Source: Planctomycetales bacterium (lineage in GTDB: Bacteria; 4484-113). Taken from it: a DNA stretch of 64,000 nt. Position numbers and translations under genes: made by a program. The stretch is from NCBI GenBank assembly GCA_030606285.1, contig JAUWGS010000001.1:246572-310571 (forward strand), written 5' to 3'. Of the stretch, positions 19,047-28,945 are shown in pieces. The notes under the pieces are model-generated. The model was not told the origin of the DNA. It did not search any database and saw only the letters and a list, made by a program, of their open reading frames with translations. Each line of letters starts with the position of its first letter. The first letter of the stretch is position 1.

Positions 19047-19610
19047 CTACTCGACTTGCAGCTTCCGCCACTCGCGGTCGAGAATATCCATCACGACGCG
19101 CCCGTAGAACTTGCCGTCAATCTGCGTGATACGACGCTGCACTCCCTGACGCTGAAAGCCTTTCTTCTCCAGGAACCGGATGAACGGCTCGTTGAACTCC
19201 AGCGGGCCTGCGCATACGGTGTGCAGTCTAAGCCCCAGAAAACACTTGGCCAGCGTCCAGTCAACCGCTTCCGACAGCGCTTTACTTCGCAGATGCTGCG
19301 CTTTGCGGGGAATCACATTGATTCCTGCATTCTGTGACGGTTCGGCCCAGAAATGACGGTTAATTCCAATGTAGCCGATATACTCTTTCCGCTTATTCTT
19401 CACTAGATAGTGGTATTCCTTCCGCGCATCCTTGCTCTTGAGCTGCTTCTCGATTTCCTTTTCCAGCTCGCGCTTGGAGTATACGCGCAGCACGTTGCCC
19501 CAGTAGTTGCGCTTGGCGTATGCGCCGTTCTTTAGCTCCCACCAGAAGCCAAGCTGCTTCTTCTCCAGAACCTCGATTGTGCAGTGCCTAAGTGTCTCCA
19601 TACACTCCAT
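19047..19610 (-). CDS. GNAT acetyltransferase, RimJ/RimL-like
   Basis: YIGYI, F..LRLHTV, FN....FLEKKGF..G, MDILDREW. Confidence 0.8.
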   Translation of the reverse strand: MECMETLRHCTIEVLEKKQLGFWWELKNGAYAKRNYWGNVLRVYSKRELEKEIEKQLKSKDARKEYHYLVKNKRKEYIGYIGINRHFWAEPSQNAGINVIPRKAQHLRSKALSEAVDWTLAKCFLGLRLHTVCAGPLEFNEPFIRFLEKKGFQRQGVQRRITQIDGKFYGRVVMDILDREWRKLQVE

Positions 19611-20181
19611 CCTTCTTCAGCCGATCGTATTCCTCTCGCGTGATGCTCGCAATCTCCATGTCGTAGAACTCGCCTTCCCACAGTATAGCCTCGCGCCGAC
19701 GAGCTTCGTATTTGAAACCGCACTTGTCGATGTAACAGCGCTTACCGCGCAGGTTATACGCGTGCCAGCACAGCATCACCGTGTGCGCCGCATACGACTC
19801 GAACAGCGACTCTGTGAGCACCTTAATAACTTCCGTTCCGAGCCCCTTGCTCAGGAGGTTTCCCTCTCCGATAAACAGCCACAGCTCGTAGCGCCCCGGG
19901 ATATCGCCCGTCTGGTGCCATCCAGCCATGCCAATGGGCTTCTCCTTATTCCTGCTTCCACTTGTGCTCTTTTTCTGCAGCACCTTATAGAAGCAGGCTA
20001 CTCCCTTTTCTAGTTCTTCGAGCCACGTGTCGAACATCTCCTTTTCGCGCTCCGGCTCTGGAAGCGCGTAAGCGTTAGCGAAGAAGTACTTCCGCACGTC
20101 TGGGGACTCGTCCCAGCGCGCCACCAGTCCAGAATCATCCTTCTCAAACGCAACGAGTTTTAGCCTTTTGGTTTCCAGCAT
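19588..20181 (-). CDS. GNAT acetyltransferase, RimJ/RimL-like
   Basis: Start re-called to MLETKRLKL; KGLGTE, YNLRGKRCY..CGFKYE, ITREEY. Confidence 0.85.
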   Translation of the reverse strand: MLETKRLKLVAFEKDDSGLVARWDESPDVRKYFFANAYALPEPEREKEMFDTWLEELEKGVACFYKVLQKKSTSGSRNKEKPIGMAGWHQTGDIPGRYELWLFIGEGNLLSKGLGTEVIKVLTESLFESYAAHTVMLCWHAYNLRGKRCYIDKCGFKYEARRREAILWEGEFYDMEIASITREEYDRLKKDGVYGDT

Positions 20182-20342
20182 CGGATTCTCCAGCGGATTG
20201 ATTATACCCGTACGCAGTACTCCTGTACGGCTACTTCCATAATGCGCCTTAGCCATCAGACGAAAGATGTTGTAAAGCGTCTTTCGCTCCGGTATAATCG
20301 TGTCAGTCTGCTTCGTTAAAACGCTATACGGGGGCTTATAAG

Positions 20343-20591
20343 GTGCTGGTATTCACCAACACTGAAAAGCGGCTATGCAGGTTAACCGCCAAAGAGGTGG
20401 AAATCGTCATTTCCCATAAGGACACGCTCCTTACTGGTGTTGGCGGTATGCTGATGCCTCGGCATCACGGCCCCATCGAGGTCAAGTGCCCATACGCTGA
20501 AGAGTGCCTGAGCCAGGGACGTGACTGCGTCTGGGCGGTAGGCGTAATGCGAAGCACTAACGATCCCCTCGACCTGAATATTAAGTTCTAG
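20343..20591 (+). CDS. small Cys-rich hypothetical protein
   Basis: 82 aa, C..CPYAEEC.....CVWA; upstream TATAAT and GGGGG RBS. Confidence 0.6.
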   Translation: MLVFTNTEKRLCRLTAKEVEIVISHKDTLLTGVGGMLMPRHHGPIEVKCPYAEECLSQGRDCVWAVGVMRSTNDPLDLNIKF

Positions 20592-20620
20592 CTTTGCGTA
20601 TCGTTTAGAGCACGTATTGT

Positions 20621-23257
20621 TTAGAGCAGGTGTCGTTCCAGGACTCTGGACAGCTCCTCGAAGGTGAACGGCTTCTGAAGGACTTCCGACAGACCCATGC
20701 GAATGTGATCGGTGCTGGCCAGGTCCTCCCCGAACCCGGTCATCACAACGCCGATGATGCTGGGATTCAGGTGGTGTATGATCGAGAACGCCTCAGTGCC
20801 GCTCAACCGGGGCATCCGCAGGTCCAGCAGGACGAGCCCAATCTCGTGCTGGTGCCTCTTAAACTCTTCGATAGCCTCAACTCCGTCGCTAGCAGTGAAA
20901 ACTACGAGCCCGTGCCTGGCGAAGAAGCGCTGCACCGGTTGAACGATCATCTCCTCGTCGTCTACAACCAATATCGGCTTGGCCTTCGAGAAGTCCGGGA
21001 TTTGGTACTCGCTGGCACTCTCAGATCCGACCATCCCCTCCTCAGCGATAGGCAGGTAAACACTGAACACGCTGCCGCGTCCCCAGTCGGAGTCAATCAC
21101 TATGGTGCCGCTGTACTTATTGATGATGCTGTACGCGATGGACAGCCCAAGCCCCGTGCCTTTCCCCGACTCCTTGGTCGTGAAGAACGGCTCGAATATG
21201 CTCTCCTTTACTTCCGGGCTGATGCCGGTGCCGTTGTCGGTAACCCTGATGCGCGCGAACATCATCGTAGGTGCCACGTTCAGCGGGAAGTTGGGGTCTT
21301 CTCCAGCCTGCACGCGGGCCGCAATCACCTGGAGCTTGCCTCCGCGGGGCATAGCCTCAATGGCGTTGATACAAAGATTGAGGAGCACTTGCTGGATTTC
21401 CGTAGCGCTACCGAGGATTTTCAAGTCTTCGTCACAGATGCTCTTAGTGTATTGTATGTCTTGCGGCAGTGTGGTTCGCAGCAGGCTGGACACTTCTTCA
21501 ACCGACTGCTTGAGATCAACCACCTTACGGTCTTCCGTCTCCTTGCGGCTGAAGTAAAGCAGCTTCCGCGTGAGGTCCGCGCCCCTCCTGGACGCAGTCT
21601 CTATGATGTCGAAGAGCTTGCGCACTTCCTCGTCGCTGCTGTCTCCACCAACCTGTTCTCTTAACAACGCCAGATTGCCGAAGATGCCGGCGAGGATGTT
21701 GTTGAAGTCGTGCGCGATGCCGCCTGCAAGCCTGCCGACGCTCTCCAGCTTCTGTGCCTGAAGTACCTGGTGCTCCATGTGCTTCTGGCCGGTCACATCG
21801 CGGAAGAAACCGAGAAACCTATCCTTCGACCAGGTCTCCAGCCGCTTGATGGAGCCTTCCCATACCCGGACTTCTTTATCCTTTCCCCGCACCTCAAGGC
21901 CGGAGAGATCAGTAGTCGTTTCTCCCTCTGACAGGCGCGCCATCGCGCTGAGAAGTGCAGGGCGGGAGTCAACGTCCACCATATCCATGAACTTCCGGTT
22001 CAGTAACTCCGCTTCGCCGTCTTCCATCTGGAGGGAGTTGCGGAAAGGTGGATTGGCATATGTAAGCTCACCTTTATCGAGCAAGAATATGATTGTGGAC
22101 ACGTTCTCCACCAACTGTCGGTAGAGCTCCTCACTCTCCCGCAGTTTCCTGGTATGTCGCACGACCTGCTTTTCTAGTCCGAGGGCATGTTTCTCAAGTT
22201 CAGCTTTGGCGCTGGCAAGCTGCTCCGTCCGTGCTTTCAGCTCCATCTCGAACTGGTCGGCCAGGTGCGCACGCTCCTCAGCCATCAAGTACTGCCTGCG
22301 CGCGCCCACAAGATAAAGAGCCAGCAACACTCCTAGAAGCGTGACCACAGATGCACTGGCAAGAACAATGACCCGGTATGTGCTGATGGCGCCTGCAAGC
22401 TCATCGTCCCTAATACCACTGAGCATATGCCAGCGGCTGTCCCCCACCCGGATTGTCGTTACAGCCACAATCCAGGTACCGGATTTCCCCGGCAGTTTCG
22501 TTCGCAGCGACACCGACAGATCTTCCGGCTGAGCCTGGAAAGCATCGCGAAGCTCGTAAAGTCCCGCTTTCTCCAGATCTTCTGGGCTAAAGTTCCCAGC
22601 CTCCTGCACCATCCCTTTAGACCAGAACACTCCTCCCTCTTCGTTCACCAGCGCCGCGATACCGCCCGCACCAAGCTGCTGCATCGGTTTCCAGAACACC
22701 TTGTCCAGCCATGCAGTCCGCATCAGCATTGTGAGAGTGCCGTCAAAGACACCGTCCCTGAAGACGGGTTGCACAAGCGGCATCGCTTCATAGCCCTGAA
22801 CGGCCATGAAGCACTCGCCGACCAGCGGGCGCTTCGTCTCCATGAGTTTAACGTTGTGCGCCTGGGCCCCAACGAACTTGCCCTTAGCTTGTTTGTCCAC
22901 AGGATATGTGTAGGCAATCCTCATATCCTTATCGAGCCGAGTTACATTGCCCACCAGGCCACCCATCACGGCCTGCAGGCCTTGAAGCTTGAGTTTGCCG
23001 CTCTCCGTTAGGCGCACAATGTCCGGGTCCTTGGCCATCACTTGTATCTGGCGCAACGAGGAGTCGATGAACTCTTCGAACGTTTGTGCGGACATGCGAC
23101 CGCTTGTCTCCTGAAGCTGAAGATACTGGGCGAACACGTTGTCTTCGACGAACAGGTGGCCGTAGAGCACCAGCCCTGCAAGCATCAGGGCAAGGATAAC
23201 CAGGATTGAAAGCAGAATCCGAGACCTCAATCTGTTCTCCCAGGATAAGTTTATCAT
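20621..23257 (-). CDS. hybrid sensor histidine kinase (TM-Cache-TM-PAS-HisKA-HATPase-REC)
   Basis: GGIAHDFNN, QVLLNLCINA, DNGTGI, FEPFFTTK, GTGLGL, LLDLRMP; start re-called to MINLSW. Confidence 0.93.
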   Translation of the reverse strand: MINLSWENRLRSRILLSILVILALMLAGLVLYGHLFVEDNVFAQYLQLQETSGRMSAQTFEEFIDSSLRQIQVMAKDPDIVRLTESGKLKLQGLQAVMGGLVGNVTRLDKDMRIAYTYPVDKQAKGKFVGAQAHNVKLMETKRPLVGECFMAVQGYEAMPLVQPVFRDGVFDGTLTMLMRTAWLDKVFWKPMQQLGAGGIAALVNEEGGVFWSKGMVQEAGNFSPEDLEKAGLYELRDAFQAQPEDLSVSLRTKLPGKSGTWIVAVTTIRVGDSRWHMLSGIRDDELAGAISTYRVIVLASASVVTLLGVLLALYLVGARRQYLMAEERAHLADQFEMELKARTEQLASAKAELEKHALGLEKQVVRHTRKLRESEELYRQLVENVSTIIFLLDKGELTYANPPFRNSLQMEDGEAELLNRKFMDMVDVDSRPALLSAMARLSEGETTTDLSGLEVRGKDKEVRVWEGSIKRLETWSKDRFLGFFRDVTGQKHMEHQVLQAQKLESVGRLAGGIAHDFNNILAGIFGNLALLREQVGGDSSDEEVRKLFDIIETASRRGADLTRKLLYFSRKETEDRKVVDLKQSVEEVSSLLRTTLPQDIQYTKSICDEDLKILGSATEIQQVLLNLCINAIEAMPRGGKLQVIAARVQAGEDPNFPLNVAPTMMFARIRVTDNGTGISPEVKESIFEPFFTTKESGKGTGLGLSIAYSIINKYSGTIVIDSDWGRGSVFSVYLPIAEEGMVGSESASEYQIPDFSKAKPILVVDDEEMIVQPVQRFFARHGLVVFTASDGVEAIEEFKRHQHEIGLVLLDLRMPRLSGTEAFSIIHHLNPSIIGVVMTGFGEDLASTDHIRMGLSEVLQKPFTFEELSRVLERHLL

Positions 23258-23347
23258 AAGCCATCCCTCGTTCTTGTCTGCAAGCCGCTCTGGGAATATA
23301 ATGTACTGGCCTGCGCCGCTGCGGGTATCTTCACCAGAGGAGTTGCT

Positions 23348-25279
23348 GTGGCTCAAAACCTGGCCCACAAGATTCTGTCGAGTCATCTCCGCGCCGGACA
23401 GCTCGAGCCGGGCTGTGAGATTGGCATTCGCATCGACCAGACGCTCACGCAGGACGCAACCGGCACAATGGCCTGTCTCCAGTTCGAGGCTCTGGGCGTG
23501 GACCGCGTGAAGACCGAGCTTTCAGTCTCGTACGTGGATCACAATATGCTCCAGTCGGACTTCCGGAACGCCGACGACCATCGTTTCCTCCAGAGTGTCG
23601 CAGCGAAGTACGGTATCCACTTCTCCCGGCCCGGCAACGGTATCTGCCATCAGGTCCACCTGGAGCGCTTCGCCAAGCCTGGAAAGACCTTGCTGGGAAG
23701 TGATTCTCACACTCCCACTGCTGGCGGCATGGGCATGATAGCGATCGGTGCCGGAGGCCTGGATGTTGCAGTGGCAATGGCCGGCGGCGCGTTCTACCTT
23801 CCATGTCCGCGCATCGTGGGCGTAAAGCTCACAGGCACTCTTCCCGACTGGGTTTCGGCCAAGGACGTAATACTCGCCCTCCTGCAACGCCTAACGGTCA
23901 AGGGCGGCGTGGGAAAGATAATGGAGTACTGCGGCCCCGGAGTCGAGGCCTTGGACGTGCCCTCCCGGGCAACCATCACCAATATGGGGGCGGAACTGGG
24001 TGCTACGACGAGTATTTTCCCGGCAGACGCGCTATCCGCCGAGTTCTTGAAGGCTCAGGAACGCGAGCAGAGCTTTACAGCCCTGGCGGCCGATCCCGAC
24101 GCTGACTACGACGAGATGATTGAACTCGACCTGAGCAGTCTTGAACCTCTGGTGGCTCAACCGCATATGCCTGACAGAGTTGTGCCTGTGAAAGAACTCG
24201 CGGGACGAAAAGTCGACCAAGTCTGTGTGGGCTCCTGTACCAACAGCTCTTACCGCGATATGCACATGCTTGCAGCACTCCTGAAGGGCAAGCTTATCGC
24301 CAACACCGTAAACCTGACCGTCAATCCGGGCAGTAAGCAGGTGCTAGCGATGATGGCGGAAGACGGGAGCTTGTACGATATCGTTGCTGCAGGCGCGCGA
24401 ATCCTCGAAGCTTCCTGCGGCCCCTGCATAGGAATGGGACAGGCGCCACCTTCGCGAGCCGTCAGCGTGCGCACGTTCAACCGGAACTTCGAGGGTAGAA
24501 GCGGCACCCGCGACGCCCTGCTATATCTCACAAGTCCGGAGGTGGCTGCGGCGTGTGCGCTAACAGGTGAGTTCACCGACCCGCGCGCTTTGGGAGACTA
24601 CCCGCACATTGAGTATCCTGACCATTTCCTGGTGGACGACAGCAGCATCATCGTTCCGCCCCCTGCCGGAACCGATGTGGAAATCCTGCGCGGTCCCAAT
24701 ATCGTCCCGCTGGAGATGAAGGAGCCTCTGCCCGATGAGGTCAGTGGTAAGGTACTCCTCAAGGTGGGAGACGACATCACGACGGATCACATAATGCCAG
24801 CAGGCGCTAAGGTCCTTCCCTACCGCAGCAATATCCCAAAGATTTCCGAATTCGTATACGAGGGCGTGGATCCTGACTTCGTCAACCGCGCCAAAGCTGA
24901 AGGTGGTGGGTTCATCGTAGGCGGCGCGAACTACGGCCAGGGCAGCAGCCGCGAACACGCAGGTCTCGCCCCATCCTTCCTCGGGATAAGAGCCAAGATT
25001 GTGAAGGGCTACGCCCGCATCCACCGCGCCAACCTTATCAATTTCGGCATTGTTCCGCTGATGCTTGCCCACCCCGAGGATTATGATGCCTTGGAGCTTG
25101 GCCACGAGATGTCCATCCCCGATGTCCGCAGCCAGATGAAGTCCGGCCAGCGGATTCTGGTCAAGAATCTCACGACTGGCAAGGAGATCGAGTGCAAACA
25201 TGACCTTAGCGCACGCGAGGTGGACATTGTCCTGGCAGGTGGCAAGCTCAACTACACGAGACAGGAGATGGCGGGCTGA
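23348..25279 (+). CDS. aconitate hydratase (642-aa type)
   Basis: TQDATG, GSDSHT, GSCTNSS, CGPCIGMG, NRNFEGRSG, ITTDHI, YGQGSSREHA. Confidence 0.95.
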   Translation: MAQNLAHKILSSHLRAGQLEPGCEIGIRIDQTLTQDATGTMACLQFEALGVDRVKTELSVSYVDHNMLQSDFRNADDHRFLQSVAAKYGIHFSRPGNGICHQVHLERFAKPGKTLLGSDSHTPTAGGMGMIAIGAGGLDVAVAMAGGAFYLPCPRIVGVKLTGTLPDWVSAKDVILALLQRLTVKGGVGKIMEYCGPGVEALDVPSRATITNMGAELGATTSIFPADALSAEFLKAQEREQSFTALAADPDADYDEMIELDLSSLEPLVAQPHMPDRVVPVKELAGRKVDQVCVGSCTNSSYRDMHMLAALLKGKLIANTVNLTVNPGSKQVLAMMAEDGSLYDIVAAGARILEASCGPCIGMGQAPPSRAVSVRTFNRNFEGRSGTRDALLYLTSPEVAAACALTGEFTDPRALGDYPHIEYPDHFLVDDSSIIVPPPAGTDVEILRGPNIVPLEMKEPLPDEVSGKVLLKVGDDITTDHIMPAGAKVLPYRSNIPKISEFVYEGVDPDFVNRAKAEGGGFIVGGANYGQGSSREHAGLAPSFLGIRAKIVKGYARIHRANLINFGIVPLMLAHPEDYDALELGHEMSIPDVRSQMKSGQRILVKNLTTGKEIECKHDLSAREVDIVLAGGKLNYTRQEMAG

Positions 25280-25327
25280 TGCCGCCTTCGCGCGCTGGCG
25301 GGCGCAAGGCGCTATAATCAACGTTTC

Positions 25328-25750
25328 GTGGAGATGACGGCAGTCACAGACGACGCGCTTCGGTGGCGCTATTCCCCTTGGAGCAAACGCCCGCTCAAGA
25401 CTTGGGCACTGCTCTTCGTGAATCTCGCGGTCTCAGCCGTCGTCTACTTCACCTTTCCGGAAAAGGGCTTCACCGGACTGGCGATTTTGCTTATGTTTGG
25501 AATGACAATCTCAATGCTCGTGCCCATCCGTTATGAATTCAATGGCAAAGGTGTCACCGTGTACTTCCTGGGCACGCGCAGTTTCCGCCGCTGGGCGCAT
25601 TACCGCAACTTCTACGTGCACAAGGACGGCGTATTCCTGACGTCAATGAAGAAACCGAGCAGCCTGGACCCCTTCCGCGGGCACTTCCTGTACTATGGGG
25701 GTAACCGCGACGAAGTCGTTAACCATGCCAGAAGACACATCAAGCGGTAA
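25328..25750 (+). CDS. hypothetical 2-TM membrane protein with PH-like soluble domain
   Basis: Two TM helices, then P..Y..GV...W...SLDPFRG; first gene of the GlmL-like operon. Confidence 0.7.
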   Translation: MEMTAVTDDALRWRYSPWSKRPLKTWALLFVNLAVSAVVYFTFPEKGFTGLAILLMFGMTISMLVPIRYEFNGKGVTVYFLGTRSFRRWAHYRNFYVHKDGVFLTSMKKPSSLDPFRGHFLYYGGNRDEVVNHARRHIKR

Positions 25751-26171
25751 ATCCAGCTGGCTCCAGCGCCTCCGTGCCGAACTTGGGCACGCGTTTACCG
25801 TCGAGCGGGGGACGGAGGACGAGCTAACCGAAGAAGAGCTTGAAACTCTGGAAAAGCTCGCCGAGCGCGTCGTGAAGATGAATATGGCCGTTCCCGCGAT
25901 AATGTTCTTGGAGAGCGTGCGTCCGCTAAACTACCTGGGCTCGCAGGTGATGCTTTTCTTCCGTCCGCTTCTGGGCATCGCCAGCGAGACCGTGAGTTTG
26001 GCGACTGCGCCCTTGCTTGGATTCTCAGTTGATGTTAAATTCTATAACCGTCTACAAGAGGTTCTGGAGAAGAGGGCTTCCGTCGAAGCCCTCATTGTTC
26101 GAATCGAGCGAAAACTGGAGGACACCACGCCCGGCGGCTGTCTGGACAGCCCGGAGGAATCCCGTAAATGA
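25725..26171 (+). CDS. conserved hypothetical protein
   Basis: LAERVVK.NMAVPAIMFLESVRPL.YLGSQ; overlaps both neighbours. Confidence 0.7.
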   Translation: MPEDTSSGKSSWLQRLRAELGHAFTVERGTEDELTEEELETLEKLAERVVKMNMAVPAIMFLESVRPLNYLGSQVMLFFRPLLGIASETVSLATAPLLGFSVDVKFYNRLQEVLEKRASVEALIVRIERKLEDTTPGGCLDSPEESRK

Positions 26172-28024
26172 AGGAACACTCACAAGCAGACCCTGAGGCA
26201 ATCAGGATTATCATAGCGACCGACTGCGGAAGCACAACCACCAAGTGCATTCTCATCGAGAGAAAAGAAGAAGGGTTCAGGCAGACTTTCCGCGGGGAAG
26301 CCCCCACTACCGTCGAAGCGCCGTTCGAAGACGTCACCAAGGGCGTCCTCAATTCCATCCAGGAAGTTGAGGAGCTTTCCGGGCGCAAGATCCTCGATGA
26401 GAACGACAAGATCATCTATCCTTCGCAAGGCGACACCGGCGTGGACATCTACATAAGCACCAGCTCAGCCGGCGGAGGCCTGCAGATGATGGTTGCGGGC
26501 GTCGTCGCGTCAATGACCGGTGAGAGCGCGCAGCGTGCCGCTTTGGGCGCAGGCGCCATCGTAATGGACGTGCTGGCCAGCAACGACGGTCGGCTGCCGC
26601 ACCAGCGCATCGACCGCATCCGCCGCCTGCGTCCCGATATGATTCTGCTCTCGGGCGGCATTGACGGCGGGACAGTCAGCCACGTGGTGGAAATGTCGGA
26701 GCTCATCGCTGCTGCCGACCCTAAGCCCCGCCTGGGCATCACCTACCGGCTACCGGTCATCTTTGGCGGCAATGTGGACTGTCAGGACAAAGTACGGGAC
26801 ACTCTCGGCGAGAAAACAGCGCTCACGATAACCGACAACATCCGCCCCACCCTCGAGCGTGAGAACCTCATGCCCGCCCGCGCGAAGATTCAGGACCTTT
26901 TTGAAGAGCACGTAATGGCGCAGGCTCCCGGCTACGACAAGCTTATGGAATGGGTAGACGCGCCCATTATGCCCACGCCGGCGGCAATGGGCCTGATTAT
27001 GCAGACCATCGCCCGCAAGAAGAAAATGAACGTCATCGGCGTGGATATCGGCGGCGCGACGACGGACGTCTTTAGCGACTTCAAAGTCGAAGGGCAGCGC
27101 ATCTTCAACCGCAGCGTCTCGGCGAATCTTGGAATGAGCTACTCCGTGAGCAACGTAATGGCGGAGGCGGGTTTCGCCAATGTGATGCGCTGGGTACCCT
27201 TTGACGTCGAGGAACAGTGGCTGCGCAATCAGATAAAGAATAAGATGATCCGCCCGACGACAATCCCGCAAGCGCTTTCCTCCTTGGTCATTGAGCACGG
27301 CCTGGCCCGTGAGGCTCTGCGCATGGCTTTCATCCAGCATAAGAGCCTGGCTGTAGGTCTCAAAGGCGTGCAGCAGGAACGCGGCATATCCGATACGTTC
27401 ACCCAGGTCGCCACCGGCGAGAGCTTCATCCGGATGATGGACCTCGACCTGCTGGTGGGTTCCGGAGGTGTTCTAAGCCACGCTCCTCGCCGCAGCCAAG
27501 CCATGCTGTTGATGCTCGACGCCTTCCAGCCCGAGGCGTTCACCATTCTCGCCGTCGACAGCATCTTTATGATGCCGCACTTGGGCGTCCTTTCGCAGGT
27601 GCACGAGGAAGCCGCCACGCAGGTATTCGACCGCGACTGCATGATATACCTCGGCAGCGCCGTTGTGCCGTCAGGCGTCGCCCGTCCCGGCGACCGCGTA
27701 TGCACCTACAAGTTCAAGTGGCCTGATGGTAGCACCGATGAAGGTGAACTGAAGCTTGGTGAACTCAAGCTCTTCCCCAAGCTCGCCGTTGGCGAGGTTG
27801 GAGAGGCGGAGATTCATCCGACACGCGCGTTCGATGTCGGCCAGGGGCGTGGTCACGCTGTCAAAGCACACGTCCACGGCGGAGTCGTCGGCGTTGTGCT
27901 GGACGGTCGCGGCCGCCCGATTTACCTGTCAGAAAACCACGAGGAACGGCGCAAGCAGCTGCTGTCGTGGTTTGCGGCGATGAATGCATATCCGGACCTT
28001 TCGGGGATCACCGACGTAAGGTAA
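26168..28024 (+). CDS. GlmL/MutL(glutamate mutase)-like ASKHA-fold ATPase
   Basis: TDCGSTTTK, TSSAGGGL, LLSGGIDGG, MPTP, VDIGGATTDVFS, GSGGVLSHAP. Confidence 0.88.
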   Translation: MKEHSQADPEAIRIIIATDCGSTTTKCILIERKEEGFRQTFRGEAPTTVEAPFEDVTKGVLNSIQEVEELSGRKILDENDKIIYPSQGDTGVDIYISTSSAGGGLQMMVAGVVASMTGESAQRAALGAGAIVMDVLASNDGRLPHQRIDRIRRLRPDMILLSGGIDGGTVSHVVEMSELIAAADPKPRLGITYRLPVIFGGNVDCQDKVRDTLGEKTALTITDNIRPTLERENLMPARAKIQDLFEEHVMAQAPGYDKLMEWVDAPIMPTPAAMGLIMQTIARKKKMNVIGVDIGGATTDVFSDFKVEGQRIFNRSVSANLGMSYSVSNVMAEAGFANVMRWVPFDVEEQWLRNQIKNKMIRPTTIPQALSSLVIEHGLAREALRMAFIQHKSLAVGLKGVQQERGISDTFTQVATGESFIRMMDLDLLVGSGGVLSHAPRRSQAMLLMLDAFQPEAFTILAVDSIFMMPHLGVLSQVHEEAATQVFDRDCMIYLGSAVVPSGVARPGDRVCTYKFKWPDGSTDEGELKLGELKLFPKLAVGEVGEAEIHPTRAFDVGQGRGHAVKAHVHGGVVGVVLDGRGRPIYLSENHEERRKQLLSWFAAMNAYPDLSGITDVR

Positions 28025-28071
28025 CGGGAGATTTGTGTTATTTGGTGAAAGAAACAAAGGGGGATTGAACC

Positions 28072-28908
28072 ATGTTTGAACTTGGTGTGGGACCCGTATT
28101 CAGCGATGGGTGGAAGGCCTTTACTGAGAATATCGGCAAAGTGCTGCTCTTCGCCCTGTTCTACTTCATCGGTATCGTGGTTGCGATGATCCCGATAATG
28201 CTTATCCTCGGAGGAGCCTTCTTTACCATGATGGTTGCTGGGGCTTCAGGCGGAAATGAAGCCAGCCAGATGCTTGCCGGGCTTGCCGGTGGCACGCTTT
28301 TCCTGTTCGTTATCGTTTACATCGTCGTTCTGATAGCGCTCATAGGTTGGTACGCGGGCTTTGCTCACGGCCTCAAGATGATTATGTTTGGCGGCTCCCC
28401 TGAGTTCAGCGATCTATTCTCACAGTATCGTAAGCTGGGTAATCTTATTCTGCTAGCGATCATCTTAGGCGTCCTCATCGGAATCGCGTCTATCTTCTTG
28501 ATCATCCCCGGAATCATCCTTGCGGTGTTCTGGTCACAGTCCTATCTGCTGGTCATTGACAAGGATATGGACGCAATCAGTGCCATGAGCGCGTCCTGGA
28601 AGCGCGTGGCGTCCGACTTCTGGACAGTGCTCGGTATCATCGTGGTGCTGACCCTTGCTTTTGGTATCGTCGGTTGGCTGTTGGGCATGATTCCTGTCCT
28701 AGGCGGTTTGGTGGATCTCTTCTTTCTGACGCCCTTCGCGTTTATGTGCATTTGGGCGCTGTACTACGCCCTTTTCCCGCCGGTACCGGATGCGCAAGCT
28801 GCGCCGGTTGCCGCTACCGATTACGTCGAACCGGCTCCACCACCTCCGCCTCCCCCACCCCCATCGACCGAAGACAAAGGCGACGATGAAGGAATAACGC
28901 TGAAATGA
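28072..28908 (+). CDS. integral membrane protein with Pro-rich C-tail
   Basis: ~6 TM helices, LIIPGI..W, AMSASW; poly-Pro tail. Confidence 0.75.
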   Translation: MFELGVGPVFSDGWKAFTENIGKVLLFALFYFIGIVVAMIPIMLILGGAFFTMMVAGASGGNEASQMLAGLAGGTLFLFVIVYIVVLIALIGWYAGFAHGLKMIMFGGSPEFSDLFSQYRKLGNLILLAIILGVLIGIASIFLIIPGIILAVFWSQSYLLVIDKDMDAISAMSASWKRVASDFWTVLGIIVVLTLAFGIVGWLLGMIPVLGGLVDLFFLTPFAFMCIWALYYALFPPVPDAQAAPVAATDYVEPAPPPPPPPPPSTEDKGDDEGITLK

Positions 28909-28945
28909 TTTCTGTGATGCGAATGCACACAGGAGGTAACAATTA

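Noticed and set aside
23258-23386. True overlap between the kinase and aconitase genes
   Set aside because: A better kinase start with an RBS at 23257 removes the overlap.
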